From the NCBI GenBank assembly GCA_965227045.1, contig OZ245718.1, positions 3,223,528 to 3,287,527 of the forward strand: 64,000 bases of DNA, given 5' to 3'. The position numbers were made by a program, and so were the translations under genes. The stretch is from Actinomycetes bacterium (GTDB lineage Bacteria > Actinomycetota > Actinomycetes > S36-B12). The notes beneath the pieces are model-generated. The model worked only from the letters and a program-made list of their open reading frames with translations. It was not told the origin of the DNA and did no database searches. Each line of letters opens with the position of its first letter. Position 1 is the first letter of the stretch. Of this stretch, positions 1 to 9,542 are shown piece after piece.

Positions 1-387
1 AACACTCCGCGCCTTCTACGCCAACTGGGGCTTGAGTACGTGCTGGACTGGAACAATGACGACCAGCCTTACCAGCTGAACGTGCCGGGTATGTTCAGCG
101 TCCCGTACTCCGTCGAAGTAAACGACTTCTCTCTCTTCTTTGGGCAGTTCCTGACCGGGGACCAGTTCTGCCAGGTCCTTCGCGACCAGTTCGACCAGCT
201 ATACGCGGATTCGGAGGATAGCGGACGGGTGATGGCGCTGCCGCTTCATCCCTTCGTTATTGGTCAGCCCTTCAGAGCAAAGTATCTTGACAAGGCGCTC
301 GACTACATCGTCAATCACCCAGACGTGTGGGTTACGACTTCGGACGAGATAGCGAGTCATTACATCGCTGCTCAGTCTGAGTCCTGA
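1..387 (+). CDS. polysaccharide deacetylase / PuuE-like family protein, C-terminal part (5' end outside window)
   Basis: Frame 1 is open from base 1 to the stop at 385-387. The tail LDWNNDDQPY...ALPLHPFVIGQPFRAKYLDKALDYI resembles the C-terminal region of divergent polysaccharide deacetylases. Confidence 0.5.
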   Translation, partial: NTPRLLRQLGLEYVLDWNNDDQPYQLNVPGMFSVPYSVEVNDFSLFFGQFLTGDQFCQVLRDQFDQLYADSEDSGRVMALPLHPFVIGQPFRAKYLDKALDYIVNHPDVWVTTSDEIASHYIAAQSES

Positions 388-405
388 TTGCCTTAGTCAA
401 CTACC

Positions 406-1092
406 ATGGCGACACAGACTCCGCCACCGTGGGCAGACGCGATTTCCGAAGAGGACCGTCGGAGTTTTCGCTGGGCAACGGGTGAACGCCCCATATCGGC
501 TGGCACGCGGCCAGCCGTCGTCGTAGTTGACATGACTCGCGCCTTTGTGGATTCCGCATACCCCACTGGATGGAGCCCCACGGGAAAGCCAGCCGCGACT
601 AATACTGCGCTTCTGCTCGCATGGGCTCGGATGGCCCGGCTGCCGATCTTCTTTACTCACGGCTATCCGAGGCCGGGCGCTACAGAGATCGAGCTGGGAC
701 GTGCTGCGAAGGGGCATCCCGGAGGGATCGCGCTTCCGGAAGGCACGCCTCCGGGTGACGTCATCGTCGACGAGTTGACACCTCACGAAGGGGAGGTCGT
801 CATAGATAAGGGGACTAAACCGAGCGCCTTCTTCGGCACACCGCTCGCGTCGTACCTAATCAATTGCGGTTCGGACACGGTGATCGTCTGCGGCATGACG
901 ACCAGCGGCTGCGTACGGGCAACGGTTCTCGATGCCTACCAATTCAATTTCAGCGTCATGGTTCCTTTCGAATGTTGTGGCGACCGTAGCCAGACCTCAC
1001 ACAAGGTAAGTCTGTTCGACATGCATATGAAGTACGCGGATGTGGTCAACCTTGCAACTGTTCAGAGTTATATCCAGACGCTTCCCCGGTGA
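406..1092 (+). CDS. isochorismatase-family cysteine hydrolase
   Basis: 228 aa. Fold hallmarks present: PAVVVVDMTRAF (Asp), KPSAFFGT (Lys), GMTTSGCVRAT (nucleophile Cys). Confidence 0.8.
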   Translation: MATQTPPPWADAISEEDRRSFRWATGERPISAGTRPAVVVVDMTRAFVDSAYPTGWSPTGKPAATNTALLLAWARMARLPIFFTHGYPRPGATEIELGRAAKGHPGGIALPEGTPPGDVIVDELTPHEGEVVIDKGTKPSAFFGTPLASYLINCGSDTVIVCGMTTSGCVRATVLDAYQFNFSVMVPFECCGDRSQTSHKVSLFDMHMKYADVVNLATVQSYIQTLPR

Positions 1093-1171
1093 GCGGAACC
1101 CAGTCGCCTTGATCAGGGTTTGCATACGCCAGGAGAACCGATAGCGGCTTTAGAGCCAGAAGGAGTCGGCG

Positions 1172-1705
1172 TTGAGCGAAGACATTCCTGGCTTAGAGAT
1201 GACGCTTGAGGAGATTGGCCGATTTCTTGGGGATCCGTCCAGACTCGCCTCCGTAGCTTCGCTGCGTCGTGACGGCTCTCCCGTCATCACCGGGGTTGGC
1301 TTTGACTGGGATGGCGAGGCCATGTACTTCTCCCTACGCAGCACTCGACTTCTCAACAAACGGCTGGCGCGTGACAATCGGGTCGCGATCTATGTCTTCA
1401 ACACGAGTTACCCGGTCGCTTGGGTGCATATGGCGGGTCACGCGGAAATAGTTGCCGACCCTGATTTCGAGCGAGCACTCTCGATCATGCACAAGAGTCT
1501 CGGTCCGAACTCGGAGACACTTGTGCTGAGCAATCTGGACCTAGACGAGTTCGACAGGAACTACGTCTCAGTCGGCCGAACGCTGTACCGAGTACGGCCC
1601 GAGCGGATACTCAGCGAAGATCTCGGCAAGCTCGAACTCGCCGACCATGCGCGTCTCGGCGGGGGAACGAAGGATGCCGGCGCGCGTCGAGAGGGGGATA
1701 CATGA
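1172..1705 (+). CDS. PPOX-class (FMN/F420 split-barrel) family protein
   Basis: Pattern LASVASLRRDGSPVITGVGFDWDGEAMYFS...NRVAIYVF. TTG start at 1172 after AGGAG at 1161; alternative ATG at 1199. The stop overlaps the next start (ATGA at 1702). Confidence 0.6.
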   Translation: MSEDIPGLEMTLEEIGRFLGDPSRLASVASLRRDGSPVITGVGFDWDGEAMYFSLRSTRLLNKRLARDNRVAIYVFNTSYPVAWVHMAGHAEIVADPDFERALSIMHKSLGPNSETLVLSNLDLDEFDRNYVSVGRTLYRVRPERILSEDLGKLELADHARLGGGTKDAGARREGDT

Positions 1706-2445
1706 GTGACTCGAAGGTCGTACTGATCACCGGAGCCGCTCGAGGCCTCGGCAAGGCGACTGCGGAGCGGTTCGCGGAGGCTGGCTACAGGGTCGTCGTT
1801 TCGGACGTCGACCGAATCGAGGCTGAAGAGGCGGCGAGAGATATCGGAGGCGATGCCTTCGGATGGGAACTGGATGTTCGTAGTCCAAAGCAAGTCGAAG
1901 CGGTACTCGCTCGAGTGGCGTCGGACTTAGGCCGACTTGATGTACTCGTGAACAATGCGGGCCTGTGTCCTCCAAAGCCTACTCACCTGGTCAGTGAGGA
2001 GGAGTGGACGAACATCGTTGATATTTGCCTAGGCGGTACCTTTCGATGCTCAAAGTTTGCGTATCCGCTCCTCGCCGCCAGCCGTGGTTCGGTGGTCAAC
2101 ATGTCATCTGGCGCCGGCCTGTTCGGTCACGGGAACCGCGCGCCTTATGCGTCGGCAAAGGCTGGAATCTTGGGTCTGACACGAGACTTGGCGGTGGAGT
2201 GGGCGAAGGACGGAATCCGAGTCAACGCGATCGCTCCAGGTGTATTTCTGACCCGAATTGTGCGACGCAACATTGAGACCAAGCAGTATGACCCGGCCCG
2301 CATGCATGCAGGGATTCCGATGGGCCGGTTCGGTGAGGAGTCGGAACTAGCGGAGACCGTTTTCTTCCTCGCCGAGACCGCCACATACTTCACAGGGCAA
2401 ACGCTCTCCTGCGACGGAGGACTCTCCATAGGGCCGCACTGGTGA
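1702..2445 (+). CDS. SDR family oxidoreductase (paralog 1 of 3)
   Basis: 247 aa with TGAARGLG, NNAG, SSGAG...YASAK. Ends CDGGLSIGPHW like the paralogs at 5815 and 25184. Confidence 0.9.
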   Translation: MSDSKVVLITGAARGLGKATAERFAEAGYRVVVSDVDRIEAEEAARDIGGDAFGWELDVRSPKQVEAVLARVASDLGRLDVLVNNAGLCPPKPTHLVSEEEWTNIVDICLGGTFRCSKFAYPLLAASRGSVVNMSSGAGLFGHGNRAPYASAKAGILGLTRDLAVEWAKDGIRVNAIAPGVFLTRIVRRNIETKQYDPARMHAGIPMGRFGEESELAETVFFLAETATYFTGQTLSCDGGLSIGPHW

Positions 2446-2568
2446 TACGCACACCTGTCAAGCGTCCCACTTGCGGGCAAAATGGACACCAATCCAAGGC
2501 TGGCAGGGAGCCAGCAACAGCCAAGGTCGGGAGCCGCTCGGGTGGGCCAAGATGAGGGAGATGCCACG

Positions 2569-3414
2569 ATGGGCGGCGCATACGAATCTCTCTCGACCAC
2601 GCCAGCCCGACTCTTCATGAAGAGCTCAGAGACGGGTCCGGTGCGCACCGAGATTCGCGGTGGCATCGGTGTCGTCACCCTCGCCAATCCCCGACGACTG
2701 AATGCGATGGGCGTCGATTCCGTCAAGGCTCTTCGGCTTGCGTTCGCATCGATGGGAAACGAGCCCGCCGTAAACGTGGTTGTCTTTCACGGAGAGGGAA
2801 GAGCATTCTGTGCAGGATTGGACTTACAGGCAGGTCTCAGGGACGCGCGATTTGCCGATCCCGTCGAAGCGGCCAACTCCGCGATGCGAGAGTGGGTGGA
2901 CCTGGTCTGGACAATTCGATCAATTCCGCAGCCGGTAGTCGCCGCTATCCATGGGCACGCTGTTGGTGCCGGATTCGCACTCGCAGTCGCATCGGACGTG
3001 CGCTTCGTTTCATCCGATGCGGTGTTCTCTGCTCCCTTCCTTCGGATCGGCATGACGGTGGGGGACGTAGGGCTTTCCTGGTTTCTGTCCCGGATTGTCG
3101 GTGCTGGTCGTGCTGCGGCGCTCTTCTATTCCGCTGGGCGATGGACTGCGAGTCATGCTGTCGAGATCGGTCTCGCTTCCAAGGAGAGCGAGGATCCACT
3201 GGCGGACGCTATGGAGTTTGCGGATCGACTTGCGGCTTTCCCACCCTATGGAGTCCGGGAGAGCAAGCGGTTGCTTGATGCGGGTGCCGCGACGAGCCTG
3301 CGAGATCACCTCGACAGCGAAGCGCGTGCGCAAGTCATCGGTAGCCTCACGGAGAGGGCGCGGGCAGCAATGGCCGATGTGCTGAAACCGCAGGCACCGA
3401 CCAACGATGCCTAG
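2569..3414 (+). CDS. enoyl-CoA hydratase/isomerase (crotonase) family protein
   Basis: GVVTLANPRRLNAM, FCAGLDL, HGHAVGAGFALAVASD. The ORF opens at 2482; ATG 2569 or 2617 are more plausible starts. Confidence 0.85.
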   Translation: MGGAYESLSTTPARLFMKSSETGPVRTEIRGGIGVVTLANPRRLNAMGVDSVKALRLAFASMGNEPAVNVVVFHGEGRAFCAGLDLQAGLRDARFADPVEAANSAMREWVDLVWTIRSIPQPVVAAIHGHAVGAGFALAVASDVRFVSSDAVFSAPFLRIGMTVGDVGLSWFLSRIVGAGRAAALFYSAGRWTASHAVEIGLASKESEDPLADAMEFADRLAAFPPYGVRESKRLLDAGAATSLRDHLDSEARAQVIGSLTERARAAMADVLKPQAPTNDA

Positions 3415-3563
3415 GACATCGCTGGCACTAGTCGAGACATAGGCTTTTGAACTGCCGGCACACTGTCCCGTCTCGCGAATGATTGGCGTCGCGAACTCAT
3501 CAACCGGTAGCCTCCGACCAACCGAGGCGGGCCAGCAACAACGTTGATCCTGCGGGCTCCAGG

Positions 3564-4286
3564 CTAGGGAGTGATCCTCGCGGCAAGCATTGATCTGACG
3601 GTCTCGACGTTGCCAGTGACTCTCAGCGAGTCAGCAGATTCTCGCTTCCATAACGCGAGAAGGACATCGACCGCGGACCCTTCCAGAGTCGCGTCGATCG
3701 CTACCGACGGACCTCCCAAGCCGTCGCCCGCAATCTCGAGTTTCATATCGGGCCGTTCGGTAAGAACAATCCGCACTCCGGGGATCTGAGCCTGGATTGC
3801 GCCGTCGCGCACGTGTCGTGCGTAGAAGAGCTCGATCGTCTCCTCGACACCATCCGCAGCCAGGGTTGCGTCCATCGTCCCCGGCGAGCCGATCGCGCGG
3901 CTTGCGTCACGTAGATGCATCGCCATCTCGTGAGCCTGGCGACGCGACCAGAACAACGCGTGACGTGGTCGCGGCCAGGGGGCCCACGTCGGGGATTCCG
4001 GAGGCTTCGAGCGGAGTTGCGTAATCAACTCGACAACACCGGACTCGAACCAACCAGCGACGTCGTCTGGGTCCGCCGGACGCGGGGGGAAGTCGCACGC
4101 CTGTCCCGACCTAACGATCTTGGTAGCCCACCGATGAACAGTCCCGAGATGGACACCGAGGTCAAGAAGCGTCCAGCCCGGACAGTCAGGCACCTCAGTT
4201 GACCGAGGCGAACTACGCAGAATCTCGGCGAAGGCGACCGCGTTCGACTCTGTCGAGAGGATGTATTCGGATGCCTTGAGGGGCAC
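3564..4286 (-). CDS. DinB-like / mycothiol-dependent maleylpyruvate-isomerase-N-domain family protein
   Basis: 240 aa. N-terminal PDCPGWTLLDLGVHLGTVHRWA pattern. Starts 4 nt after the stop of the upstream thiolase gene on the same strand. Confidence 0.6.
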   Translation of the reverse strand: MPLKASEYILSTESNAVAFAEILRSSPRSTEVPDCPGWTLLDLGVHLGTVHRWATKIVRSGQACDFPPRPADPDDVAGWFESGVVELITQLRSKPPESPTWAPWPRPRHALFWSRRQAHEMAMHLRDASRAIGSPGTMDATLAADGVEETIELFYARHVRDGAIQAQIPGVRIVLTERPDMKLEIAGDGLGGPSVAIDATLEGSAVDVLLALWKRESADSLRVTGNVETVRSMLAARITP

Positions 4287-4289
4287 GCG

Positions 4290-5450
4290 TTAGAGCCGTT
4301 CGATGATGGTTGCATTGGCTTGACCGCCGCCTTCGCACATCGCCTGTAGGCCGTATCGTCCGCCGGTGCGTTCGAGCTCGCCCAAGAGAGTCGTCATCAG
4401 ACGCGCGCCACTGGCTCCGAGAGGATGACCCAATGCGATCGCGCCCCCGAGGACGTTCGTACGCTCGGGGTCGGCGCCCACCTCGTGCATTGTCGCCATG
4501 GGAATAGAGGCGAACGCCTCGTGGAACTCGAAGCGGTCGATGTCGTCCACACTTAACCCGGAGCGCCGAAGGGCGCGCTTGGTAGCAGGGATCGGGGCGG
4601 TCAGGATCATCATGGGGTCATCGCCTATGACTGTCATCTGATGGATCCGCGCTCGGGGCGTTAGCCCGTGCTGCTTGATCCCAGCCTCGCTGGCGATCAG
4701 CAGCGCCGACGCGCCGTCGGATGTCTGCGAGGAGGTTGCCGCGGTGATCCGTCCTCCCTCGCGGAGGGGCTGCAGGGAGGCAATCTTGCTTCGGTCTACT
4801 GGGCGAGGGCCTTCGTCGCTGTTAACACCCTCGAGGGGCAAGATCTCTTCATCGAAGGCGCCAGCTGCCTGCGCGGCCAGAGCGCGCTCGTGAGAGCGAG
4901 CGGCGTACTCATCGAGTTCCTCGCGGGTGAATCCCCATTGTTCGGCGATCATGTCGGCGGCGTGGAACTGCGAAAGAAGGGTCGTCCCGTAGCGCTTGGC
5001 CCATCCGGTGGAAGTGGTGAAGGGGTCGTCGTAACCGAATTGGGCGCCCAGAATCGCGGCTGATGTCAGGGGGATGATCGACATCGACTGCACACCACCG
5101 GCGATGACGAGGTCCTGAGTGCCCGACATGACCGCCTGCGCCGCGAAGTGCACTGCTTGCTGGCTTGCCCCGCACTGCCTGTCCACCGTCATCCCGGGGA
5201 CCGACTCGGGCAGCCCCGCGGCCAGCCAGCAAGTCCTCCCCATTGCGCCGTACTGCGGCCCGATCTGGTCTAGGCATCCAAAGATGACGTCGTCGACGGC
5301 CGCTGGATCGATACCCGTTCGGTCAACCAGGCCGTTAAGAACGTGCGCACCCAGGTCGGCAGGGTGTACGTGCGCAAGCCCACCCTTTCGCCGACCCACC
5401 GGCGTACGCACTGCATCGACGATAAAGGCCTCAGCCACCAGAACCCCCAA
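4290..5450 (-). CDS. acetyl-CoA C-acyltransferase (thiolase)
   Basis: 386 aa. VDAVRTPVGRRKGG, TVDRQCGASQQA (nucleophile Cys), GHPLGASGARL, CEGGGQANA. Confidence 0.9.
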   Translation of the reverse strand: MGVLVAEAFIVDAVRTPVGRRKGGLAHVHPADLGAHVLNGLVDRTGIDPAAVDDVIFGCLDQIGPQYGAMGRTCWLAAGLPESVPGMTVDRQCGASQQAVHFAAQAVMSGTQDLVIAGGVQSMSIIPLTSAAILGAQFGYDDPFTTSTGWAKRYGTTLLSQFHAADMIAEQWGFTREELDEYAARSHERALAAQAAGAFDEEILPLEGVNSDEGPRPVDRSKIASLQPLREGGRITAATSSQTSDGASALLIASEAGIKQHGLTPRARIHQMTVIGDDPMMILTAPIPATKRALRRSGLSVDDIDRFEFHEAFASIPMATMHEVGADPERTNVLGGAIALGHPLGASGARLMTTLLGELERTGGRYGLQAMCEGGGQANATIIERL

Positions 5451-5470
5451 AGTAAGAATCGAGTAGAGCC

Positions 5471-5486
5471 TAGGACAGGTGACCTA
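5471..5486. promoter_or_regulatory. operator-like palindrome TAGGAC-N4-GTCCTA family (1 mismatch)
   Basis: TAGGACAGGTGACCTA, 21 nt upstream of the thiolase start (minus strand). Confidence 0.45.
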
Positions 5487-5703
5487 ACTCTACCAGTGCG
5501 GCCGCACTGGCGCTAGGCGCTGCGGGGGTTGACGATTGCCGTGTGAGCCGCCGCAGGGACCGTGGCCCATTCTCCGCGCGGAGCTTGCGGTCGACTCGTC
5601 AGGATGCGCCCGTCGAACCCACTCGGCTGGACTGCATGAGGGCGCAACATCTGCCATCGAGATTCTCAATGGTGCATCTTCCTAGAGCAGGTCCATAGTA
5701 GTT

Positions 5704-5719
5704 TAGGACGCACGTACTG
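5704..5719. promoter_or_regulatory. operator-like site, TAGGAC-N4-GTAC variant
   Basis: TAGGACGCACGTACTG upstream of SDR 5815. Shares the extended AGTAGTTTAGGACG.ACGTAC with the site at 25131. Confidence 0.45.
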
Positions 5720-5814
5720 GATCGAACTCAAACGTGGGCGTGGCTCTTGCCGTTGCACTGTGCCTCTCGCCCATGAAGTTGGGTTCACTTAATAGTCGTA
5801 AAGGGAGAGACCTC

Positions 5815-6561
5815 ATGACTGAAGAGAAGAAAGTCGTCCTCATCACAGGAGCCGGTCGCGGGTTGGGCAAAGCGACAGGCGTTCGCTTCGCAGCCTCGGG
5901 CTACACGGTGGTGATCACGGACGTCGACCCGGCGTCCGCGAAGCAGGCAGCCGAAGACATTGGGAATGGCGCTGTCGGTTGGGAACTTGACGTGCGCAAC
6001 CCCGAACAGGTTGAGGAAGTGTTTCGCCGGGTCGCCTCAGAACTCGGGCGATTGGACGTCCTCGTCAACAATGCTGGCCTTAGCAGGCCCACACCCACAC
6101 CGGAAGTGACGGAGGAAGACTGGCACAACTTGGTGGATATTTGTTTGGGTGGAACGTTCCGCTGTTCGAAGTTCGCATACCCGCTTCTCCTCAAGAGTGG
6201 AGGATCCGTCGTCAACATGTCATCGGGCGCGGGGACCATCGGTCACGGCGACCGAGCTTCCTACGCCGGCTCCAAGGCGGGTGTGATGGGCCTGACACGC
6301 GACTTGGCTGTCGAGTGGGCGAAAGACGGAATTCGAGTTAACGCGATTGCTCCTGGGGTCTTCATGACCGAGATGGTGAGGAGGAACGCTCGAGAGGGAA
6401 TATATGACCCCACCAAGATGTGCGCAGGCATCCCGATGGCGAGGTTCGGCGAAGAGTCTGAGATTGCCGACACGGTCTTCTTCCTCGCGGAGACTGCTAC
6501 GTACTTCACGGGGCAAGTTCTGCATTGCGACGGTGGCTTGTCGATCGGCCCGCATTGGTAA
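5815..6561 (+). CDS. SDR family oxidoreductase (paralog 2 of 3)
   Basis: ATG 5815 follows AAGGGAGAG; the ORF opens at 5734. TGAGRGLG, NNAG, YAGSK, ends CDGGLSIGPHW. Confidence 0.9.
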   Translation: MTEEKKVVLITGAGRGLGKATGVRFAASGYTVVITDVDPASAKQAAEDIGNGAVGWELDVRNPEQVEEVFRRVASELGRLDVLVNNAGLSRPTPTPEVTEEDWHNLVDICLGGTFRCSKFAYPLLLKSGGSVVNMSSGAGTIGHGDRASYAGSKAGVMGLTRDLAVEWAKDGIRVNAIAPGVFMTEMVRRNAREGIYDPTKMCAGIPMARFGEESEIADTVFFLAETATYFTGQVLHCDGGLSIGPHW

Positions 6562-6697
6562 CCCGCCTGTAGGGCAGGTGGGGCGTCAGGTTGGGCGAAT
6601 CGGACGTGACGCTCCACCAGTCATCTCGTGCGGCCTTCTAATCACTGGTATGTCAGATGGTCGAAGAACGCCACATTTCGGCGATGGGATGACCTGC

Positions 6698-8575
6698 TTA
6701 TGACCCGATTAGGAATGGTCTGAGATTCTCGAGAACCGAAGCGTCCTCGATCGTCGCGGGCACGGGCTCATCCCGGCCATCAGCTATAGCTCTCATGGCG
6801 CGGCGGAGGATCTTTCCGGAACGCGTCTTAGGTAGGGCTGGGACCACGGCGACGGACTTAAGCGAGGCGACAGGACCAATTCCCGCGCGTACTGCCGCGA
6901 TGATCTCGTTAGCCAAGGTGTCATCGTCTACCTCCGCCCCCAGCTTGAGCACGACGAGTGCGCGTGGTACCTGGCCGCGTAGTTCGTCTTGAACACCGAG
7001 CACTGCGCATTCCGCGACTGCGGGGTGAGATGAGACGATTGCCTCCATCGCTCCCGTAGATAGCCGATGTCCGGCAACGTTGATGACGTCGTCGGTACGT
7101 CCCATGACGAATAGATAGCCGTCCTCGTCTACGTAGCCACCATCGCCGGTTGTGTAGAAACCTGGAACCGCAGAGAGGTACTCCTCCACGTAGCGCGCAT
7201 CGTCGTGCCACAAGGTAGGAAGCGTTCCTGGGGGCATAGGGAGCTTGATGACGATTGAGCCCTCGGTGTTCGGAGGCAATTCGAGGCCTCCGTCGTCCAC
7301 GATCCGTACATCGAATCCCGGCACCGGGACACTGGGTGAGCCTGCCTTAATCGGCATTGGATGGAGGCCGCGGAGGTTGGAGGAAATTGGCCAGCCCGTT
7401 TCCGTCTGCCACCAATTGTCGATAACCGGCACATGCAGGTGCCCGGTTGCCCAGTGATACGTGTCGGGGTCGAGCCGCTCTCCCGCGAGGAATAACGCTC
7501 GCATCGAGGAGATGTCGTAGTCCTTGAGGAGTCTGCCTTCCGAGTCAGCGCGCTTGATAACGCGGAGTGCAGTGGGAGACGTGAAGAGCGCGTTGACCTT
7601 ATAGTCCTCGATCACTCGCCAGAATGAGCCTGCGTCGGGAGTGCCTACAGGCTTGCCCTCGTAGAGGACGGTTGCGGCGCCGCAGATCAAGGGCGCGTAC
7701 ACGATGTACGAGTGGCCGACCACCCATCCAATGTCCGACGCAGCCCAGAAAACATCTCGCGACGTGATGCCGTAGACGTTCCTAAGCGACCATGCCATCG
7801 CAACCGCGTGACCACCGTTGTCTCTTACGATGCCTTTCGGTCTGCCTGTGGTTCCGGAGGTGTACAAGACATACAAGGGGTCCGTGGCTGCAACTGGAAC
7901 CACCGGATGCGCTAGGGCGACCGACATCGCCTTAACCCAGTCGATATCGCGTGGGAGCATCTCGGCTCGCAACTCGGGACGCTGCCAGACGATTGTTCGG
8001 TCGGGCTTGTGTGAAGCGAGCGAAATCGCACTATCTATCAGTGGCTTGTACTCGACGATGCGCCCTGGCTCTACTCCGCAGGAGGCGGTGACGATCAGCT
8101 TCGGGCGTGCGTCGTCGATGCGAGACGCCAGTTCAGCGGAAGAAAAGCCGCCAAAGACGACAGAATGAACAGCGCCGAGCCGCGCGCACGCCAGCATGGC
8201 GACGATTGCTTGTGGGATCATCGGCATGTAGACGATGACTCGGTCACCCGTCGCGACGCCGTATTCGGCCAGTACGCCCGCGAATAGGGCGACGTCTGTC
8301 AGCAGCTCTTCGTAACTGATCGTTCGCTTCCTGCCCGTTACCGCACTGTCGTAAAAGATCGCCGGCCTGCCACCGTGGCCATTGGCAACATGACGGTCGA
8401 CAGCGTTGTAGCACGTATTCAAACGCCCGTCAGGGAACCACCGATAGAGAGGCGCCGTACTTCTGTCAAGGATCGTCGACGGAAACTCCTGCCAATCGAT
8501 GAGCTTGGCCGCTTCGGCCCAGAAGAGCTCAGGAGACTCCCGAGAAATGTGCCTCGCCATCGAATAGGGGTCCAT
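6698..8575 (-). CDS. short-chain acyl-CoA synthetase (acetate/propionate-CoA ligase-like)
   Basis: 625 aa. YRWFPDGRLNTCYNAVDRH, YTSGTTGRPKG, YTTGDGGYVDEDGY, PKTRSGKILRR. Confidence 0.85.
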   Translation of the reverse strand: MDPYSMARHISRESPELFWAEAAKLIDWQEFPSTILDRSTAPLYRWFPDGRLNTCYNAVDRHVANGHGGRPAIFYDSAVTGRKRTISYEELLTDVALFAGVLAEYGVATGDRVIVYMPMIPQAIVAMLACARLGAVHSVVFGGFSSAELASRIDDARPKLIVTASCGVEPGRIVEYKPLIDSAISLASHKPDRTIVWQRPELRAEMLPRDIDWVKAMSVALAHPVVPVAATDPLYVLYTSGTTGRPKGIVRDNGGHAVAMAWSLRNVYGITSRDVFWAASDIGWVVGHSYIVYAPLICGAATVLYEGKPVGTPDAGSFWRVIEDYKVNALFTSPTALRVIKRADSEGRLLKDYDISSMRALFLAGERLDPDTYHWATGHLHVPVIDNWWQTETGWPISSNLRGLHPMPIKAGSPSVPVPGFDVRIVDDGGLELPPNTEGSIVIKLPMPPGTLPTLWHDDARYVEEYLSAVPGFYTTGDGGYVDEDGYLFVMGRTDDVINVAGHRLSTGAMEAIVSSHPAVAECAVLGVQDELRGQVPRALVVLKLGAEVDDDTLANEIIAAVRAGIGPVASLKSVAVVPALPKTRSGKILRRAMRAIADGRDEPVPATIEDASVLENLRPFLIGS

Positions 8576-8621
8576 CGTCGCTGCCTCTCTAATTCTGTTG
8601 CTGCAGGGCCGCCGCGTGGAT

Positions 8622-9368
8622 TTATCGTGCTGCCATTCTTAGGGCGCCGTCCATCCGTACGGTCTCTCCGTTCATGTAGTCGTGATCGAGGAGCATTAAC
8701 GCGAGGCGCGCGAATTCGCTCGCCGAGCCAAAGCGCTGAGGAAACGGAACTGACTCAGCAAGTGCGTGGCGAATCTCGCTGCCGAAGGCGTGCATCATCG
8801 GAGTCTCTACGATGCCTGGAGCAATGGTGCAAACGCGGATTCCAAAGCTAGCGAGTTCCCGTGCTGCCGGAAGGGTGATTCCGACTACAGCAGCCTTTGA
8901 CGCAGCGTACGCGGCCTGACCAATCTGACCTTCGTACGCTGCTATCGAAGCCGTATTGACGATTACGCCACGGTGGCCCTCGGCATCCGCGTCTGTCATT
9001 GCCATCTGCTCCGCCGCGAGCGTCATCACCGTGAACGTGCCTACGACGTTGATCTGCAAGACTCTGGCGAAGGCTTCAATGTCGTGCCTGCCGGACCTTC
9101 CTAGTATCCGCATTGAGGGAGCAATTCCTGCGCAGTTGATCACCGAGCGAAGCGGTCCGTGAGCCGAAGCGGCGGCGATCGCTTGCTCTACTTGTGCTTC
9201 GTTAGTAACGTCCACTTCAAGGTAGGTAACGCCGTCCGTCGGTCGTTCGGGCGGGTTCAAATCGATCGCAAAAACGCGCACGCCCTTTGCTGCGAGTGCG
9301 TCTGCAGTCGCAGCGCCCAGGCCAGACGAACCACCGGTAACCACCGCGGAGGTGTTGACGACTCTCAA
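8622..9368 (-). CDS. SDR, type-2 3-hydroxyacyl-CoA dehydrogenase-like
   Basis: 248 aa. VTGGSSGLG, NCAG, YAASKAAV. Upstream of and co-oriented with the acyl-CoA synthetase. Confidence 0.8.
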   Translation of the reverse strand: MRVVNTSAVVTGGSSGLGAATADALAAKGVRVFAIDLNPPERPTDGVTYLEVDVTNEAQVEQAIAAASAHGPLRSVINCAGIAPSMRILGRSGRHDIEAFARVLQINVVGTFTVMTLAAEQMAMTDADAEGHRGVIVNTASIAAYEGQIGQAAYAASKAAVVGITLPAARELASFGIRVCTIAPGIVETPMMHAFGSEIRHALAESVPFPQRFGSASEFARLALMLLDHDYMNGETVRMDGALRMAAR

Positions 9369-9456
9369 TTCTCATCCGTCCATAGCTCTTCGCTTGCCCA
9401 ACACTTCAGAATCGCGGCCAGGCCCAAAGGATCGTCAGCATCGACGCCCCAAAAGA

Positions 9457-9472
9457 TAGTACACGCGTCCTA
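9457..9472. promoter_or_regulatory. operator-like site (TAGTAC-N4-GTCCTA)
   Basis: TAGTACACGCGTCCTA in the divergent region between SDR 9368(-) and the TetR gene 9543(+). Confidence 0.45.
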
Positions 9473-9542
9473 ACGGTCTGCCGGTGCGACACGCTTCCGA
9501 TCTGAGACCGCCCTAGGCGCCCTTTTTGCTACGGTATGGCCC

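Noticed and set aside
3412-3427. TAGGACATCGCTGGCA at the stop codon of the crotonase gene. Also a GTCCTA half-site at 15622 and TAGTTGTCTGGTCCTA at 33174.
   Set aside because: Only one half-site matches in each case. The first two lie in convergent, non-promoter regions and the third overlaps a CDS end. They are not counted as operator copies.
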